Source: Octopus sinensis (taxonomy: Eukaryota). From it: a stretch of DNA of 64,000 nt. The stretch covers positions 99,324,001 to 99,388,000 of the forward strand of contig NC_042999.1 of assembly GCF_006345805.1 (NCBI RefSeq), written 5' to 3'. The notes below the pieces were generated by a model. The model worked only from the letters and a program-made list of their open reading frames with translations, had not been told where the DNA came from and did no database searches. The position numbers and the translations under genes were made by a program. This document shows positions 11,503-26,030 of the stretch, piece after piece. How positions within the stretch are numbered: the first letter of the stretch is position 1; every line of letters starts with the position of its first letter.

Positions 11503-11884
11503 TATATATATGTATTATATTTCATATAATATATATATTATATATATATATATATATTAAATATATATATGTAGTGTGTATATATATATTCATATATATA
11601 TATTTATAATATAGATATATATATATATGTATATGTATGTATATATATATAAGTGTATGTATATATATATGCACATATATATATGTATATATATGTATAT
11701 ATATACATATATGTATATGTATATATATGTATATATATGTATATATATGTATACATATGTATATATATGTATACATATGTATATATATATATGTATGTAT
11801 ATATAGTATATATGTATATATATGTATATATATGTGTATATGTACGTATATATGTATATATATATGTATATATATATGTATATG

Positions 11885-11915
<31 letters not shown>

Positions 11916-11926
11916 GTATATATATG

Positions 11927-11957
<31 letters not shown>

Positions 11958-12286
11958 GTATATATATATATGTATATATATGTGTATATATATGTATATA
12001 TATGTATATATGTATATCACCCACACCCGGATATATCTCCGCAAACAATAACTCTCTGCTCGAATGGGCCTTGGTGCCCAAATCCTGAACTGAAAGACTT
12101 CACCAGGTGGTGCTATTAAGTTAGACATGGCCTGGGCCAATACTGGCCAAAACCTTTCTAAGTTATTCTAAGTTATATATATGTATATATATATATGTAT
12201 ATATATATGTATATATATATGTATATATATATATATGCATATATATAAATATATATATATGCATATATATACATATATATATATGC

Positions 12287-12327
<41 letters not shown>

Positions 12328-12370
12328 TATATACATATATATATACATATATATATGCATATATATATAC
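11421..12370. repeat. Compound (TA)/(TATATG)n microsatellite with a ~150-bp non-repetitive insert at 12018-12172
   Basis: Direct reading. Confidence 0.95.
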
Positions 12371-12371
12371 A

Positions 12372-13444
12372 CACATTTATTATATGCATATATTTTGAAA
12401 TATGAGTTCTTTCTTGGAAATACAGCATCACAGACAGCTCGGAATATTAATGGGATATTTCATTCTAATGTTATTACACAGCAGACAGTATCAAATTGGT
12501 TTGCAAAATTTCGTTCTGGTAACTTTGACCTCACAAATGAGCAATGCAGTCGACCAGAATCAAAGGTGGATAATGACGAACTGAAAGCTACCGTCGAGTT
12601 AGATTCATTTCAAAGTGCCCGTGAATTATCGTTCTTGTTTGCTAATAGCAAGCAAACAATATTGACTCACTTAGTTCAAATCGACAAAGCGAAAAATTTG
12701 GATGAGTGGGTTCCACATGAACTCAATGAAAAACAGCAACGTTCGGAATCCTGCAATATGCTACTCTCCCGTCACAAAAAAGAATCATTTTTTAATCGAA
12801 TATTAACGTGATGAGAAATGGATCCAATACAACAACCGTAAACGTTCAGCGCAATGGTTGGACTAAGACGAGCCACCAAAACGAGTCATCAAAAGAAGCT
12901 GATGATATGTGTTTGGTGGTCTGGCGCAGGTGTGATCCATTATGATTTCGTTAAACCTGGCTCATTAATCACAGCCGAAGTATACTGCAGCCAACTGGAC
13001 CAAAAGTGATTCAGAAACTTACAAAAAAGCAGCCTAGATTAGTCAACAGATCCACTCCTATTTTATTGCAAGACAACGCCAGATCACACATCGCAAAAAT
13101 GACGTTGGTGAAACTACAGGAGTTGGAGTTGGAAGTTCTTCATCATTCACCATACTCACCTAATCTTGTCCCCACTGAATACTACTTCTTCCAGAATTTG
13201 GATAACTTATTGATAGGGGAAAAATTCAATTCCGGCGATGCTTTAAAACAGGCCTTCCGAGATCTTAATGACTCTAGATTGCCAGGCTTTTACAGTTCCG
13301 GGTTTGACAAGCTACCGCTGAAATGGCAAAAGTGTATTAACAATATGGATGCATACTTTGATGAATAAAACTATTCCTTGTATTTATAAAACATTTGCAA
13401 ACATTTTTCTCTTTTCTACAAATTTCATACTTGACGACCTAATA
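12372..13444 (+). mobile_element. Mariner (DD34D family) transposon, transposase pseudogene
   Basis: HTH region [20 protein letters not shown] (frameshifted), LLQDNARSH and YSPNLVPTEY (34-aa spacing, third D changed to E). Ends ...gacgaccTAATA. Confidence 0.92.
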
Positions 13445-13538
13445 TATTAATAAAATATATTTTAACTATACTCAGTGCATTTTCAACTTCTATTTTTCCT
13501 GTATTGCTACCCCCGTGGAATAAAACTTTGTTTTCTCC

Positions 13539-13539
<1 letters not shown>

Positions 13540-13590
<51 letters not shown>

Positions 13591-13622
13591 ATATATATAT
13601 ATATATTATATATATATATATA

Positions 13623-13701
<79 letters not shown>

Positions 13702-13732
13702 TGCATGTATGTATGTAGGTGTGTATGTATAA

Positions 13733-13774
<42 letters not shown>

Positions 13775-13890
13775 ATATATTCATACATATATATATATAT
13801 ATATATATATACACCCATATATATATATATGTGTGTAAATATATGTATATATATGTATATGTGTGTATATATATGTGTGTATATATAAAA
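13540..13890. repeat. Compound (CT)/(TA)/(TATG) microsatellite
   Basis: Direct reading. Confidence 0.95.
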
Positions 13891-14175
13891 TTAAGAATGA
13901 GAGAAACAAATTTCAAAGGTCAATATTCATTCAATCCATTTCAAATTGTCGGAATTCTCCACAATATACATAGATATATTCATATATACAAGAGGTAAAA
14001 ATTCATAAGAATTTATAAATATATAAAAAATTATAAACATATAAAACTTTATAAACATATAAATATTAAATACATAGATGTACTTGCGAGGTTGAATGTC
14101 CGTATTAGAATCAATGAGGAGGGTAGATGAGAAAGTTAGTATAAAATGATTTAAGAGGAATCCTGAATAAGTGCA

Positions 14176-14268
14176 AAGTTTGACGGCCGTTTCGGCAAGA
14201 TATAGTTTGGTATGGGCGAGCTAACTCCAGCCATAGCAATTATCTATACTTCTCTCATCAGAGTTAAA
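14176..14268 (-). ncRNA. Type I hammerhead-like motif with long stem II in the PLE 3' region
   Basis: CUGAUGA-G...(extended hairpin)...C-GAAA-CGGCCG-UC with palindromic ACGGCCGU. Stem I is poorly paired. Confidence 0.5.
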
Positions 14269-14988
14269 AGATTCAAAATGTTGTTAGAATTTTAAGAGAC
14301 ATGAAAGATTTGAGAATTTTTCAAAAAACGAATGATTTGTCGGGTCAATAGTGTACATGCAGATGATATAATTAGAATAAAGTTGACGCTATATGACGCT
14401 ATATATAATATATGACGCTATATGACGCTATATATAATAGCATTTTAAGATGAATCCAAAATATAAAGGGTAACTAGATTTAAATCCTATAGGCTAATTA
14501 TTTTAGGGGAAGAAATTAAAAGTTGAAAGATATTTATGTCTACAAGTAATTATGACATCCGATATCTTATTAAGTAAGCTTTTTTTTGTTGGCACGGAGT
14601 ATGTGAATCATCTCCTTCGTGCATAAAGTGCAATTTTTAGTGTGTGTATTATATGCTGTGGTTTCCGTTAGGATAGGCCAATCTAGACTGAATTCTTTAT
14701 TGCGCATTTTAAAATTATTGATGTGGGTTGCTAGTGTGGTTGAATTTTTTGTTTCGTGATTGATAAATGAATTTGTGTGCCCTGTATCTAATCTTAAAAT
14801 CTGTCGTACTTCCTATGTATATCTTTTTAGGTTCGTTAAGGGTTGAAACCTGAACTTTATATACATTTATCCTTAAACAGAATCTTTTAAGGGACATAGC
14901 TCCCTATTACTACAATTACTTGTTTTATTTCCAGTGTTAACCTTTCTATTTTTAATATCAGGGTTCTTCTTATTATTCTTCATATTAA

Positions 14989-15207
14989 CCCATTAAATCC
15001 CAGAGTACTTAAATTTCTGAATATTTAAAATTTTTACAGATGATTGAAAATAGGTTAAAATGAAAAAAATAACTATTAAAACTCCTTTACTTCAAATAGA
15101 AATGGAAATACTCGGTGTCCTATATATAGGACACTGAGACAATGTGATATAGCTTATTTAATGTTCTCATTTAGTGTCCTATTTATAGGACAGTGGGACT
15201 TAATGGG
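14989..15207. mobile_element. piggyBac-type MITE inserted in the PLE
   Basis: TIRs CCCATTAAATCCCA / TGGGACTTAATGGG, flanks TTAA and CTAA, two subterminal GTGTCCTATWTATAGGACA palindromes. Confidence 0.8.
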
Positions 15208-16569
15208 CTAAGGTCAGCTATATTATCATCTCTATTGATGCTGTTATTTCTAAGTTTAAATCTATTGTTGGTCGCGATTATAGACCCTACATTGGGTGTG
15301 GTTGAGTACGCTAATTTAAGGCAGGATCTATTAAATATGGAATGATATTTATGGCCTAGTGGGAAGTTCCTATCGATAATTGTAAAAAATAATTTAGGAA
15401 GGTTTCTGACCAGGAGGGAAAAGGGAGGTGTGAACCATATTATTCCACCCCACCCACCGATTTGTTTCTATTCTGCCCAGTATAGTTATTGTTATTATAA
15501 TTAAATAAATTATAGTATCTTATACAATTTTGTTGGTCCCTATATTCGGTGGGGTTGTTTATGGGAGGTGTGTCGAAGTTTAAATTCGCAATATTTGAAA
15601 AACGTTTGCCTAATTTATTTTTAAATATTGTGTTCTTAATATATATATTTTACTATTGAATCCATTGTCTTATAGTACTGTATTATAAAGGGGCGCAAAA
15701 TCATCGAAGATCTTTTCGTTTGAGGATAAAGTAGATATTCTTACCGATACACCTTTGATAATCCCCTTAATGACACTTTTGGGATAATTAGATAAGGCGT
15801 GGATATACTTAATAGCTTTATTAGGCTTATGGTAAGGATAGACTAAGCCGTTATCTAAATTTATTGTTACGTCCAATATGTTAACATATTTAGTGACATT
15901 TTCGAATATAATATCTAAGTTGTATATCTTAAAAAAAATTAATAAATTATCCGATCAGCTGATTGTGCAGAGGAGCCAGATATAGCGAATAAGGCATCGT
16001 CTCTATACAGACCTCAGTTGATATCAGGGAATTCTTCCTTAATTTTTGAGAGTAAGAATAGGCCAACAATATCTATGATCTGGGCAGAGTCCGAGCTTCT
16101 CATTGTAATATGAAAATCGTCATGAAGGTCACATCGGGACCAAGTTCTATTTCTGAAGGCTATCGTTGTTTTTCTTGCGGTAAAAATAATATTTTTCTCT
16201 AATGGTGTAATACTAGCAAAATTCTCCGCAAAAGTAATTGCTGTGTTGAGTAAATCAGGCTTGACAGATTGGTAGTAATTACTAATGTCGAATTGCATAA
16301 AGCAGGCTATCCTTGTATTATTCAAAGAGCAAAACCAACTTATGACATCTCCCGTGGACATCCAAAGTGGGAGGTGGTTCGTGTTTCTTTTAACACAAAG
16401 GATAATTCTATGAATGATAGACTTACTAATTCTATCCAAGTCAGATTTGGTTGGGTAGATTAGCCTAACTTTGGGTTTGCTCTCAAAGTTAGCTCTGTGG
16501 TCCTTAAAAGTGAAAATGTTTCTTCTTATTATTAATTTAATATTTCTGAAGCTCTACTCCTTCATTATA

Positions 16570-16661
16570 TGTGTGTATATGTGTATATGTGTATATATGT
16601 GTGTGTGTGTGTGTATGTGCGTGTGTATATATATACATATATATATATATATATTATATAT

Positions 16662-16703
<42 letters not shown>

Positions 16704-16737
16704 ATACATACTTATACATATACATACATTCATACAT

Positions 16738-16777
<40 letters not shown>

Positions 16778-16800
16778 TGACTGGCAGATTATATATATTT
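16570..16800. repeat. (TG)/(TA) microsatellite
   Basis: Direct reading. Confidence 0.95.
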
Positions 16801-16804
16801 TGCA

Positions 16805-16975
16805 GCTTGCAGTGTGGCCAAAAGGTTCAGAAATTCGTTCCCGCAGTTACGTAGTCCAGGTTTCAATTCCACTTGTAATACCTTGGGCAAACGTTATCTT
16901 TTTAGCCTTTGGTTGAGTCAAAACCTGTGAGTGAAACTGGTTAGACGGAAACAGTATAGAAACCTCTCGGGTGGA
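16805..16975 (+). mobile_element. Degenerate head of tRNA-derived SINE family 2
   Basis: Similar to 52695-52820 (ccttgggcaa..tgtgagtg..tgg.tagacggaaac). Confidence 0.6.
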
Positions 16976-18099
16976 TTGTATCTGTGATTCAGTGCCTGAG
17001 AATTACCTTAAATATGCAGGTACCTGTGGAATGCCCCGCTACTTATACGTTAAATAACAAATAATTTAGTTGATTGTACGACCGAGTCATCTTTATCGTT
17101 TAACGGAGTTTCCCTGCTCTGCAAGAATGGGAATTTCAAAAAATCCTGTTCTACACATTTACATATGAAGGAATACTCACACAAAATAAATAAATAAATA
17201 AAAAAACAAGCATTAAATAAAAGTGTTCTATTTCCTCTAGAAAGCTACTGAATAGTATGAAGACATTTTGCTTTTCTGTCTGGTATGATTTCACTATATA
17301 AAAAATAGTATTTAATATACGATAAAATAGTATCCTATTTTGGATTGGTTTTAAATATTGATTTTCAACGTTAAACGCGTATTGATTTCTGAAATTAAAT
17401 GTTTTTAGATATTAAACAGCAGTGGAGAAGTTAACTGGTTAAATCGTGTTAAATTTCATACAGGTGAGTGATATCACACTTGCATCTAATATCAACGCTG
17501 CTATAATAATCCTGAGGTGTCTTTATGCTTGTAGCTAGTATTGCTTTCCTCTTCATGGAACTTACTGTTGCAGAGGGTAATATTCTTCAATGTATTATAC
17601 CGTTACACTGCTTATACATATCTTAAGCATGCATTAAATTGATGCTAGGAATGCACCATTCAAAGTAATATTTTGATGTTAGAATGATATAAGTAGCCAT
17701 TGAAATAACTGAAAGAGACCACCGAGTGTATCTTTATCTTTCATTCTTTTGGGGTTAATAGAGAACCAGTTTAATGCTGAAGTTTTCTCTGTCTCTCTAT
17801 CTCTCTCTCCCTCTTTCTTTTTTTTTCTCTCTCTCTCTCTCTGTTCCAGAATAAACTACACTGTACTCTGAGAGAGTTTGCTGGAGATTACTTACAGAAT
17901 TTGCTTCAACGTAGGGCGAACAATCTCTCCGTATAGAACCCCACCTAAGCAAGCAAAGAATAACTGAATATATAAAAAAAACTCCATGGAACTTAAACAA
18001 GAAATGAAAAAAATAGTACAGCTATAATTAATTAGTTACAATCTTAGTTCAGGATCAATAAAATAAATTTCGAAGTACCAATAAAGTAAAGCGATCGAT

Positions 18100-18230
18100 C
18101 TCATAAATTCAATGCATCCTTTAAGGTAGTGAATTTGGCATATCTTGTTGCTGTGACATTTTAAATAGTCGACATCTGGACAACTAAATGTCTCCTTTCC
18201 CGGGAAATATACCTTAACAACAACAACAAC

Positions 18231-18232
<2 letters not shown>
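18100..18232 (-). repeat. Inverted copy of candidate exon 19835-19947 plus its upstream (GTT)n
   Basis: 18100-18212 is the reverse complement of 19835-19947 with 4 mismatches in 113 nt. Confidence 0.93.
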
Positions 18233-18263
<31 letters not shown>

Positions 18264-18264
18264 G

Positions 18265-18299
<35 letters not shown>

Positions 18300-18440
18300 A
18301 ACCATCATCATCACCATCATCATCACCATCATCATCATCATCACCACCACCATCATCATCACCACCACCATCATCATCGTCATCACCATCATCATCATCA
18401 CCACCATCATCATCACCATCATCATCATCACCACCAGCAC

Positions 18441-18478
<38 letters not shown>

Positions 18479-18821
18479 ACATCATCAACCTCATCATCAA
18501 CATCATCATCAACATCAACATCATCAACATCATCTACATCAACATTATCAACATCATCATCAACATCAACATCATCATCAACATCAACATCAACAACATC
18601 ATCAACATCAACATCATCAACAACATCAACAACAACATCAACAACATCATCAACAACATCAACAACATCAACAACATCAACAACATCAACAACATCATCA
18701 TCAACAACATCAACACATCATCATCAACATCATCATCAACAACACCATCACCAACAACATCATCATCAACAACATCATCATCAACAACATCATCATCAAC
18801 AACATAATAATAATAATAATA

Positions 18822-18858
<37 letters not shown>
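18215..18858. repeat. Compound (ATC)/(ACC)/(AAC)/(AAT)n trinucleotide array
   Basis: Direct reading. Confidence 0.97.
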
Positions 18859-19752
18859 TCCTAACCTAAGCACAAAAATACTTTGTCTTGAATTAAAAAT
18901 TATAATAATTATATTAAGGAACGTGAGTGGCAGGATTAGTTCAGCGCTAAACAAATTTATTAGTGAAATTTAATATCGCCCCAATCCCAGTATTGTTGGT
19001 GTTACTTACTTTAGATTGAACCCTGACGGAGCTTATCCATCATCAAAGGCATTCCAACCATGACCATGCTAACATTTTAAGCGTTGTAGGACTACATTAT
19101 CTAATATGACCTGTCCTTATATAAAGATGACATTGATAGATTTAAAGAAGATTTGGTTGCTATTTCTAGCAGGTCAAGCCACTATAATGAGGCTTTCTCG
19201 TTGGCCCTGGATTCGCGGAGACCGTACCAGTCAATTACTGGGACTAGATTAACTCGACTGTATACCAAATGTGTGGTTTTCTGCACCCGTCCTTCATAAG
19301 GAGGCAGAACGGCAGTATTAAGTTAAAACTCTGCGTTCTGAGTTCAAATAATGTTGAAATCAATTTTATCCTTTATCTTTTCGGAGTCGATAAAATAAGT
19401 TACTGTAACTGATCTCAGTGACAGTACTCTCACCTAATGCTGGCGGCTTGATTAAAACGAACCCAGTATTTGTGTGGTACTTTATTTTATCGACTCAATC
19501 CCAAAAGGATGAAAAGCAAATTCGACTTCGGCAGGGTTTGAACTCAAAACGTAGAGAACCGCAACAAATAAGATAAAATACCTTCTGGTATTTGTTCAGG
19601 CTCTTTTCGTTCAAAGTGTTTAAATCCCAGCAAGGTCTGCTTTTCATTCTCTCGGATTCGATAAAATATGACATTAGTCAAGTTTTTGGTCTTTAAAATA
19701 AAGCGTTCCTCGCAACATATTTCTGACGTTGAGCTTACGTTAGAAATTATTA

Positions 19753-19810
<58 letters not shown>

Positions 19811-19834
19811 GTTGTTGTTGTTGATGTTGTTAAG

Positions 19835-19947
19835 GTATATTTCACGGGAAAGGAGACATTTAGTTGTCCAGATGTCGACTATTTAAAATGTCACAGCAAC
19901 AAGAAATGCCAAATTCACTACCTTAAAGGACGCATTGAATTTCTGAG
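19835..19947 (+). CDS. Candidate internal coding exon of an unidentified gene
   Basis: AG acceptor after a (TTG)n tract and donor GAG|GTGAGT. The only open frame is VYFTGKETFSCPDVDYLKCHSNKKCQIHYLKGRIEFL(R). Confidence 0.45.
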
Positions 19948-21889
19948 GTGAGTCATTGCCTAACAAATGGAATTAAGAGTGACTTTTAAGTTAATTATAT
20001 GTCTAGCGAGGAATCAAAGATGGCTTCACCCCTGAGTTACGTGCAGCTGTCTCACTGAGGGTAAATGAAAACAGTTGCAGTAAGAGGTCAACAAACGACA
20101 GATCTCCATGCATGAACGATAAACCAACATCACCGACACATTAGCGAATAATAGATGCGCCTATATTTTCTATGAGAGCGACTACATCTGCAGTAGCTGC
20201 AACGATTGCAACAGTAGCAACAGCAGTCATACCAGCTGCATCAAAAATACTAAACTTACTAATATTGTTTCTGGTGATATAGAAGCCAACAAGACTGTGT
20301 TTGCACAAATACTGTCAGGTGCAGCAGCTGCAATAGCAGAAGCAGTAGGAGTGGCAACAGCCAAAGTAATAACAGCAGTAAAAGAAGCCTGCGACGACTG
20401 CAGCGACGTGAGCTAATAGAGGAACTGTAGGTTGTTACTTGACCTACAAGAAATATCAGTTAAATCTCTCTCATATCACAGCTAAATGTATTTTAGAAAA
20501 ACAAAGGCAGATATTTTTAATAATGCTATCTGAGATATATTGTATCAGAAAATCCTGGAAAGTCATTATTAGAGTAGTTTTGTTCATAAGTAAACCTGCC
20601 TCGTCAATGTTACCTTGGGCTACAGCAGCGATAGAAGTGGTAGCAGAGTCCTTTATCTATAATGGAGGAAACAGCTTTGTGGTAAAACTCTTGACTTAGG
20701 CAATAACAAGAAGCGGTCTAAACCTCAACATTACCTGTGCCAAGAAAGATAGAAATTAAGCCCCCGGAGGAGTAAATCAAAGGAAAGGAAAGGTTATAGA
20801 GCCTTGAAATAATTTTTCTTTTTTAGAATCAGCTGGTAGATTGGATCATTCCTCAAAACATGGACATTTGTAAGTTAGATGTCCGGTTTAAAACAGAGGG
20901 AGAAACGAAGATATACCACCTCGTTTCAGCGCTTGACAAAATACTCTGTTGTACTGTTATATCAAAGGAGATGGGTTGTATTCATTGAATCAAATAATAT
21001 CTAACCTGAGGTCTTCTTTAGCCACATGACATCCTTTTCCGTAGAATATGAAGGTGTGCTGGATCTCAAATTCGAGACAATTACTAGAATCCTAGGTGTT
21101 GCTCATACTCCTCTCTGCTACCGTTTCATATGTAGATATCGTTACTATCATGGCATCAGACATCATGTGAATCGAAGTAACGAGAGTCTTAGCAGAGGAA
21201 TATGAAGTGTTAATACGTATATCGATCAGCTAAAACAACAGAATTTGAAACCAGAATGCAAAGAGCCAAGTGAAATATTAGATAGCATTTTGTCCGACGC
21301 TCTAACGATTTTGCCAGCTCACTGCCATCCTCTGCAATAAATAGCGACAAATATTCAACAGCTATATCCAAATAAATTACAGTAAAATACTTCAACTAGT
21401 TCTCTTATGCTTTCGCCTTCCTTTGTTTTACTATCACATGTGTCATTGTAAAACATGAATTTCTAACAGTGGAAAATGTTAAAAGTTTAGTGGTGCGATG
21501 TATTACTCAGCACCTCAGAACGTAGAGATGTAACTAATGCCACACTACTCTAGTAGGCACTTGTTTTATTGACTTCTGAAGAATGGAAATGAGAAATTTG
21601 AACCACAATCTAAAAAAAAAAACAAAAAAACAATTCAACGAAATATCACGACGCCATTTTGTGGGCAAAATATATATTTCTTACAATAGCACAACCCAGC
21701 ACTTTTGGGGAAAGGTATAGTCCATTGCATCGTTCCAAGTACTTCTCTATACGCTGCAAAACATTTTATCCGATGCGCTAACGATTCTGATGATCCATTA
21801 TGTTCTTGTAGTTTTACGCTGTTATTGTTGTTTTTTGTTTTTGTCTTTTATGATGATAACATCGGCGAATAGCGAGAGTATATGGGTAT

Positions 21890-22130
21890 ATTGTGATGGT
21901 GATGATGATGATGATGATGAATTTTCTTTTTGGTGGGAAGCAGATTGATGAAATGGTATTTATGAAAATGATGAACACGTTGACGATAGCCATGATAAGA
22001 ATGACGATTGAGATGATGATGATGATGATGATGACGATGATGATTGTCATTATAATGATGGTGATGATGATGGCAAGTAGTACGATAGAGACGATAACGA
22101 AGATAGAGATTATTATCGATGGTATGGATG
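21890..22130. repeat. Degenerate (GAT)n low-complexity tract
   Basis: Direct reading. Confidence 0.85.
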
Positions 22131-22374
22131 ATAGTGCAGTTTGCCCTTTTAATGGCATTAAATTTATAATGATACAAGCGAAACTATCTACCACAACTAC
22201 TAATACTACTATTACTGCTCTTAGTTTTTTCTATGACATTATAATTGCTAACTCCGTTGCTGACCACTGTCTTGTCAATGTTCGTGTTTTCAGAAACACG
22301 ATGAAGAGATTAAGAACTAATTTTAGTTTTATATTAATAATGATTTCTATAATAGGCAGAAGGTCAGAAATTTT

Positions 22375-22560
22375 AATGGGATTGTATAGTCGATTAAGTC
22401 AGCCAAACTACTTGAGTGGTATTTATTTTAATGACTCCTGAAGGATGAAAGACAAAATCAAACCTCAGCAGGATTTGAACGCAGAATCATGCAAGTACTG
22501 AACTAAATATCACAAGGCATTTTCATTACCTCTCTACCGACTGTACCAAGCAACTGCAGT
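22375..22560 (-). mobile_element. Degenerate SINE family 1
   Basis: gaaggatgaaagacaaa..ggatttgaac core. Confidence 0.6.
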
Positions 22561-23226
22561 GAAATCTTATTATCGTTAATTGAATGAATTGTCTTGCATA
22601 TTTAGTTTAGATTTTGAGTTCAAATTTTCCAAGGTCGATGAAATAAAGTACAAATTAAGATTGAAGATATTATAATCGAATATAATCCTCTCCTTAAATT
22701 CGAGGCTTTGTGCCTCAAATTTGTCAGTACGACATAATCGTTTTGAAGAATTTATAAATAATTTGTTACCTAAGCATATGTAAAGTATTTATAGAGTGGA
22801 AGAAACAATGTTGTGTAACGATCATGTCTTTTCTATGATATTTTATTAACGAAAGGAAAACGCTTCAGTTTAGTTCCGCAGATTCGTTATTATGTTTTTA
22901 TTTTAAAGTGTTGTTTATATATTAGTATATAACAATGACTGAAGGCAACAGCTAGGCATGCTATATCTATGATCCAGCATGGCTTGCTTTCTTTCTCAAC
23001 ACTATACCTGGTTTCCTATCTCATGGCCGCACTGAATCATAAAATTCCATAGGATCTTTGCATTATCATTTTCGATGGTGCCTTCGGGTTTATGTTCGTA
23101 CCACTTTTTTGCTCTGTCAAGTCTATACTTGTTGCAAAGTGTCTAATGGACAAGCCGTGCTATATTATCATGACGTCTCTTATATTCTTTCTGGGCAAAT
23201 TGTTGTTGTTGTTATTATTATTATTA

Positions 23227-23307
<81 letters not shown>

Positions 23308-23516
23308 GTTGCTATTATTGTTGTTGTTGTTGTTAGTACGTCTAGCAATAGGCTTAGTAGTATTTCATCTCTCTTCAAATTCCGCCGGGGTCGGTTTTGC
23401 CATTCATCCTTCTGGGGTACGGGTGGGGCAAAAACTAAATACCAGTTGAACACTGGAGTCGATGTAATCGATTTAATCTACCCACCCTACAAGCTGCCCT
23501 TGTGGAAAAAATTGAA

Positions 23517-23565
<49 letters not shown>

Positions 23566-23614
23566 TAATAATAATAATAATAATAATAAAATTATAATAA
23601 TGATGATAATAATA

Positions 23615-24024
23615 ATACCTACTTCAGAAGCAAAGAAAACTGATACAAATAGCCGCAAAACACAAGCAAAACAAAAAACAGACAAATACAAACAAGAAAT
23701 CATACTACCTAACAAATATGAAGAAGAAGAAGAAACAACAAAAGCTATAAAACAAATGAAATCCAAACTAAAACTAGAACAACAGCGGACCATGATAAAA
23801 TGATGCAAGAAAAGCCTCTTCATGGCAAATACTGGACTAAACTAAACGCAAAAGAAATACACAGAGAAAAATCCCAGCAATGGTTGAAAAGCTCAGGACT
23901 CAAAGGCAGAGACGGAGGGATTTTTAATTGCAGTACAAGACCAAAGCCTCCCCAGCAGAAATGACCAAAAACATATCATGAAAAGAAACAACAAGTAACT
24001 GCAGAATATGTCAAGATGGACAAG
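23615..24024 (+). mobile_element. R4/Dong-type LINE fragment (post-RT region to start of Zn knuckle)
   Basis: QEKPLHGKYWTKLN..SQQWLKSSGLK, EGFLIAVQDQSLP, CRIC. Preceded by (TAA)n. Confidence 0.85.
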
Positions 24025-26027
24025 CATGTCTGGCTTTGGTGTAATTCTCTTATTTCATTTGCTTTATCTAGTGTGATTTTGCTACTCTTAACTATTTTTC
24101 CTCTTTTCGAGGTCGCTTTGGCACATTTTTCGAAGCCAGATTTCATGTTTATTTATTTGGTAAACCCATGTTCTGTCTGTAGTAATGTTTCCAGCTGTTT
24201 TATCATTTGTGGCGTACAGTGTTAGGTCATCGATATATAACAGGTGGCTGATTGTTTTGTCGTAATAGTTGTATTCACATTCAGTTCCGTTTAGCATATC
24301 AGATAAAGGTGTCAGTGCTAAGTAGAAAAGGAGTGGAGAGAGAGTGTCTCCCTGGAACATGCCTCTTCTAATGGAGATTGCTTTGGTTTTTATGGGTCCC
24401 TCTTTTATCTGGAGCTGTAGCCCTGTCCGCCATTTATTCATAGAATTGTTTTTATATTCTATGATTATAGGTGCTACCTTGTTCATGGTTAGTGTTTCTA
24501 GGATCAACGTGTGAGAAATATTGTCAGAAGCCTTTGGGTAATCAATCCAGGCCATACCCTTCTTCTTTCTGCGGCTGTCTGCAGTTATGGCTTTATTGAG
24601 CATTAGCTGATCTTTACAGCTGTATGAGCCCTTGCAGCATCCCTTTTGCTCTTCTGGAAATAGGTTGTTTTCTTCCAGATGCTTGTTTATTCTCTGCGAT
24701 AATATTTCAGTAAAGGCTTTGTAAATTGTAGGGAGACAAGTTATCGGTCTTTAATTTTGTGGGTTTTCCGTTTCAGTGGATTTGAGAATTAGGATAGTTT
24801 TCCATTCCGTGAGCCATTCAGGCATTGCCTCTGTCTCTGCTAGTATTTCATTAAATTTCTTAGCCTGATTTTTTGTGTTCCTGTCAGGTATTTTAATCAA
24901 AAGTTAGGGATCTTATCGTGAGCTGGTTCCTTCCAGTTGCTTATTTTTTGCAGTGCCTGTGTCCAGAGTTGTTCGGGTGCTGAGTTCGTTGTTTTGATAG
25001 ACCTTTTCTGAGGTTGTTCATTTGCCGACCATATTTCTTTCCAAAATTCTTCCCCTTCATCTGCTGTTGGTACTGCATTGATCTCTATTTTGTTTTTGCC
25101 GGGTTCTCGGTAGAATCTTTTGGGGTTGGAGTTGAACTGTTTGTTTTGTTCAAAGAAACGTTTGCGTTTCTCATACCGGCGAATTCTTTGTGCTTTGGCG
25201 AGGATGGCTTGCTTTAGCTGTTCTTTTACCTCCTATATACCTTGTTCAGTAATTTTGTAATTACGTAGTATTTTTTTCTCTTCTTCTTGTTTAGTAGTGT
25301 CAATTGTCTACTAGTTTCATTAAGGATTGACAGATCTTTTCTCTTTTTTTCTATACCCAAACAAACCTTAGGGCTTGTTTGGGTGGTGGTACTCCTGCTT
25401 AGGTGGGTTGAGGGAGTATCCAGTCTCTTTTGTGGCCACAGCGGCTGCTGCATGTATTATATCGTTTAGCTTGATCATATTGTTTCTGTGGCTAATAGTT
25501 CTGTTACGGCCAGGTTCAAGATATTAATTACTGATGTTGTTTCAGTATCAATTTTAATTTCTTGGAGGTACAATTGGTGGTCCATATTGAGATCTGTGGC
25601 TTTCAGTTCTTTGATTATGCTCATTTTTAGAGTATCATAATCATTAGTTTCCCCTTCACTGTTTCCAGGTTTTAGATTTGTTTCGTATTCCATCCTGTTT
25701 ATATTTGTGTCTGTGGTGTTCTGTTTTGGTGCATTTTGCTCATCATTATATATTCTTATGATCTGGGTTTGTTGTCTTTCGATGTTTATTTCGTTTATGT
25801 TGAACAGATTACGCCTGTCTTCGTGTTTTACATTCCCAGTGCTTATGATGTTATTTGGCATTGCTGTGCGGTTACTATCAACATTTTCCTAATATATCTT
25901 TCCTTTTAAGCGTTCCATTTCCATTTCTGATATAGTTTTGTGTTGAGAATATATCTTCGAATGTTAGCTAGTTTATTAGGGTTCGTTGTTGTGTCCAAAT
26001 CTTTATGTAAATTATTTTTCTTCCAGA

Positions 26028-26030
<3 letters not shown>
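24025..26030 (-). mobile_element. R4/Dong-type LINE fragment (N-terminal region and RT), decayed
   Basis: RPITCLPTIYK, EQKGC, WIDYPKASD, RRGMFQGDTLSPLLF and SHLLYIDDL. The 5' end abuts (TTA)n at 26030-26085. Confidence 0.92.

Larger units (their letters stand above)
13890..16530 (-). mobile_element. Penelope-like element: RT plus C-terminal GIY-YIG, decayed
   Basis: QFDISNYY, GLYRDDAL, LDVTINL..PYHKPN..YIH..SNYP, WFTPPF, FNRS..LAYS, CSNRELCPLKRFCL and IYIGSTTDFKIRY motifs. Confidence 0.92.

Noticed and set aside
18036-18807. Poly-Met, poly-Ile and poly-Asn ORFs
   Set aside because: Trinucleotide microsatellite. The only complex part is the inverted exon copy.
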